Below, in pieces: positions 62,701 to 64,000 of a stretch of 64,000 bases of DNA. Within the stretch, counting starts at the first letter, position 1; every line of letters starts with the position of its first letter. Origin of the DNA: a virus. A program made the translations under genes and the position numbers. Where the stretch lies: IMG/VR virus record IMGVR_UViG_3300046543_000451, positions 5,376 through 69,375 of that record, one strand, 5' to 3'. The notes under the pieces are model-generated. The model saw nothing but the letters and a program-made list of their open reading frames with translations. It did no database searches and was not told the origin of the DNA.

Positions 62701-62873
62701 CGCCCCAGCCTCATCAGGCCAGAGCCGCCGCAATCCGGGCAGGTGGCACGCTCCCAGCCGGGCCGGCCGACGAGACGCACCGTTCCGGTCCCCATGCACG
62801 TTCGGCAGGCATGTCCGTGGCCGCGGGCTGAACGATGGGCCCGCTCGTCGGACGGAAGTTGCAGGTCACTCAT
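62697..62873 (-). CDS. DnaJ-type CxxCxGxG zinc-finger mini-protein (58 aa, absent from the ORF track)
   Basis: CRTCMGTG...CPDCGGSG; GGAG RBS; first gene after the leftward promoter. Confidence 0.7.
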   Translation of the reverse strand: MSDLQLPSDERAHRSARGHGHACRTCMGTGTVRLVGRPGWERATCPDCGGSGLMRLGR

Positions 62874-62898
62874 TCGATCTCCAGTAGCGTGTCACCAC

Positions 62899-62927
62899 AA
62901 GGTACTTCGTGGTACTTGCAATGTCAA
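62899..62927 (-). promoter_or_regulatory. Sigma70-type leftward promoter
   Basis: TTGACA-17 nt-TACCTT on the - strand at the strand-divergence point, overlapped by GGTACTT repeats. Confidence 0.72.
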
Positions 62928-62991
62928 GTAGGGAAAGTACCTCAACGTACCGTCTGGTGCAAGTCTTGACCGTCTCGTGCAGAATACGGCG

Positions 62992-63141
62992 ATGAGCGCC
63001 TACTACCGGCCCGTTCCCAAGCGTCCGTGGCGCTGTGTGCGTTGCAGCCGGACCTTCAGCACCGGCCGGAAGCTCATGCAGCACAAGATGATCGCCCACC
63101 CAAGACCTATCAACGCCATTGATAGGGTGCCTCCTACTTGA
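62992..63141 (+). CDS. C2H2 zinc-finger mini-protein (49 aa, absent from the ORF track)
   Basis: PWRCVRCSRTFSTGRKLMQHKMIAH matches C-x2-C-x3-F-x5-L-x2-H-x4-H. Confidence 0.68.
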   Translation: MSAYYRPVPKRPWRCVRCSRTFSTGRKLMQHKMIAHPRPINAIDRVPPT

Positions 63142-63159
63142 CAGGGGGGTCTACACTCC

Positions 63160-63340
63160 GAACGAACGTCGAAGCGACAACGAACCGACGTTCGCCCGTA
63201 AGGGACCCGAAGCGACAGCCGTGCTCGAAGGCCATGCCTCGCCGGCCTGCCGCAAACCTGTACCGCATAAATCCAGATGACGCCTCTCGAACGGGTCCAG
63301 AGCCGGTCCGGGTTTCCGGCGACTAGGGGTGGGGGCCTAG
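63160..63340 (+). ncRNA. Candidate structured non-coding RNA or leader
   Basis: Stems 63163-71/63186-94, CCC-GTAA-GGG, 63203-09/63292-98, 63302-06/63316-20, 63323-27/63336-40; promoter-like motif upstream. Confidence 0.35.
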
Positions 63341-63385
63341 AGTGTAAGCATGGTCAATCTATCCTCTAGACTGGAGGCTAAGCCC

Positions 63386-63643
63386 GTGGCTACGCACGTC
63401 CAATCCTCGCGCGTTCACTGCTCACGCGTGGACGGACTCCCCGGTGAGCCGTGCAAGACATGCGGCCGCATGGTCGTGCGCAAGGGCACAGGCAAGGCCC
63501 TGTACCGTCTCACGCACGCGCAGACAAGCGACCAGACAGGGGCGCCTGAGACGGCCCTACAGGCTCGGCGTGAACCTGTACCCACCCAGCACACGGCCGA
63601 AACCTACCAGCGTCGCGCGTGGCGCGAGCGCGAGGGAGAGTAG
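63386..63643 (+). CDS. Hypothetical protein with Cys motifs
   Basis: GGAGG RBS then GTG; GEPCKTCG. Confidence 0.55.
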   Translation: MATHVQSSRVHCSRVDGLPGEPCKTCGRMVVRKGTGKALYRLTHAQTSDQTGAPETALQARREPVPTQHTAETYQRRAWREREGE

Positions 63644-63718
63644 CCTCTAGCCCACACTCCCGGCCCGTACGCGGGCCGTGGGCGTGCGCTAGCACGGTAC
63701 TGGACTGGAGGTACGATC

Positions 63719-63904
63719 ATGGATGCTACTGGCCGGATCGACCGGTGCGACGCCTGCGGCGCAGGCTACGCGGCCGATGCATGGTGCGCCGGGTGCGGGC
63801 CGACGGTCCCCAAGACGCGCGTACGGGCACGCAGGATCGACCGTGCGCGCAGGCTCCCGGTCATTCGGGCGCAACTACAGGCAGAAAGGGGGCGGATGCC
63901 ATGA
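63719..63904 (+). CDS. Small zinc-binding protein
   Basis: GGAGG RBS; CDACG...WCAGC. Confidence 0.6.
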   Translation: MDATGRIDRCDACGAGYAADAWCAGCGPTVPKTRVRARRIDRARRLPVIRAQLQAERGRMP

Positions 63905-64000
63905 ATGACGAGACTCCCCGGACAGTCGGATATACCCGTCGCTGGGGTGATGCTGACAAGCGAGCGCGGGCGGCACAGAAGCTTTGGACCGACCGAGGCA

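Larger units (their letters stand above)
1..64000. mobile_element. Tailed dsDNA bacteriophage genome (siphovirus-like), nearly complete
   Basis: TerS, TerL, portal, protease, capsid, neck, tail tube, chaperone and tape measure in canonical order; dense ATGA/GTGA-coupled small genes; no host housekeeping genes. Confidence 0.96.

Noticed and set aside
1-64000. Integrase, att site, tRNA genes or stop-codon recoding
   Set aside because: None recognised by eye; genes end normally at TGA, TAG and TAA; lifestyle cannot be determined from this window

Overview
This window holds most of a GC-rich tailed dsDNA phage genome with siphovirus-type morphogenesis genes; no integrase is visible. Positions 1-13.8 kb (+ strand) are early/middle genes: SSB, a MoxR/CobS-like AAA ATPase, a Mom-like DNA-modification enzyme, a zincin-VWA partner, a PD-(D/E)XK nuclease, HNH-AP2, a putative ssDNA-annealing protein, RusA and an RlpA-like protein. 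Positions 13.8-62.9 kb (- strand) run from a divergent control region at about 62.9 kb through small mosaic genes, a C39-like endolysin, Prim-Pol, an AAA helicase, an iteron-like GTGACA cluster, TerS/TerL and portal. A 17.5 kb glycosylation and virion-decoration block follows (five glycosyltransferases, a WbmH-like epimerase, an AsnB-like enzyme, an acyltransferase, an SGNH enzyme, and a 1262-aa LamG plus Thr-rich repeat protein), then protease, capsid, neck, tail, tape measure and tail-tip genes. The operon ends in a holin-like gene, a TadE pseudopilin and an Flp pilin. The most unusual features are the phage-encoded Tad pilin pair, the repeat-fibre family beside its own glycan machinery, small proteins that resemble fragments of the phage's own structural proteins, a hairpin-flanked HNH gene, and a short-spaced TTGAC promoter-like motif. 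All family assignments come from motif recognition by eye; no database search was run.
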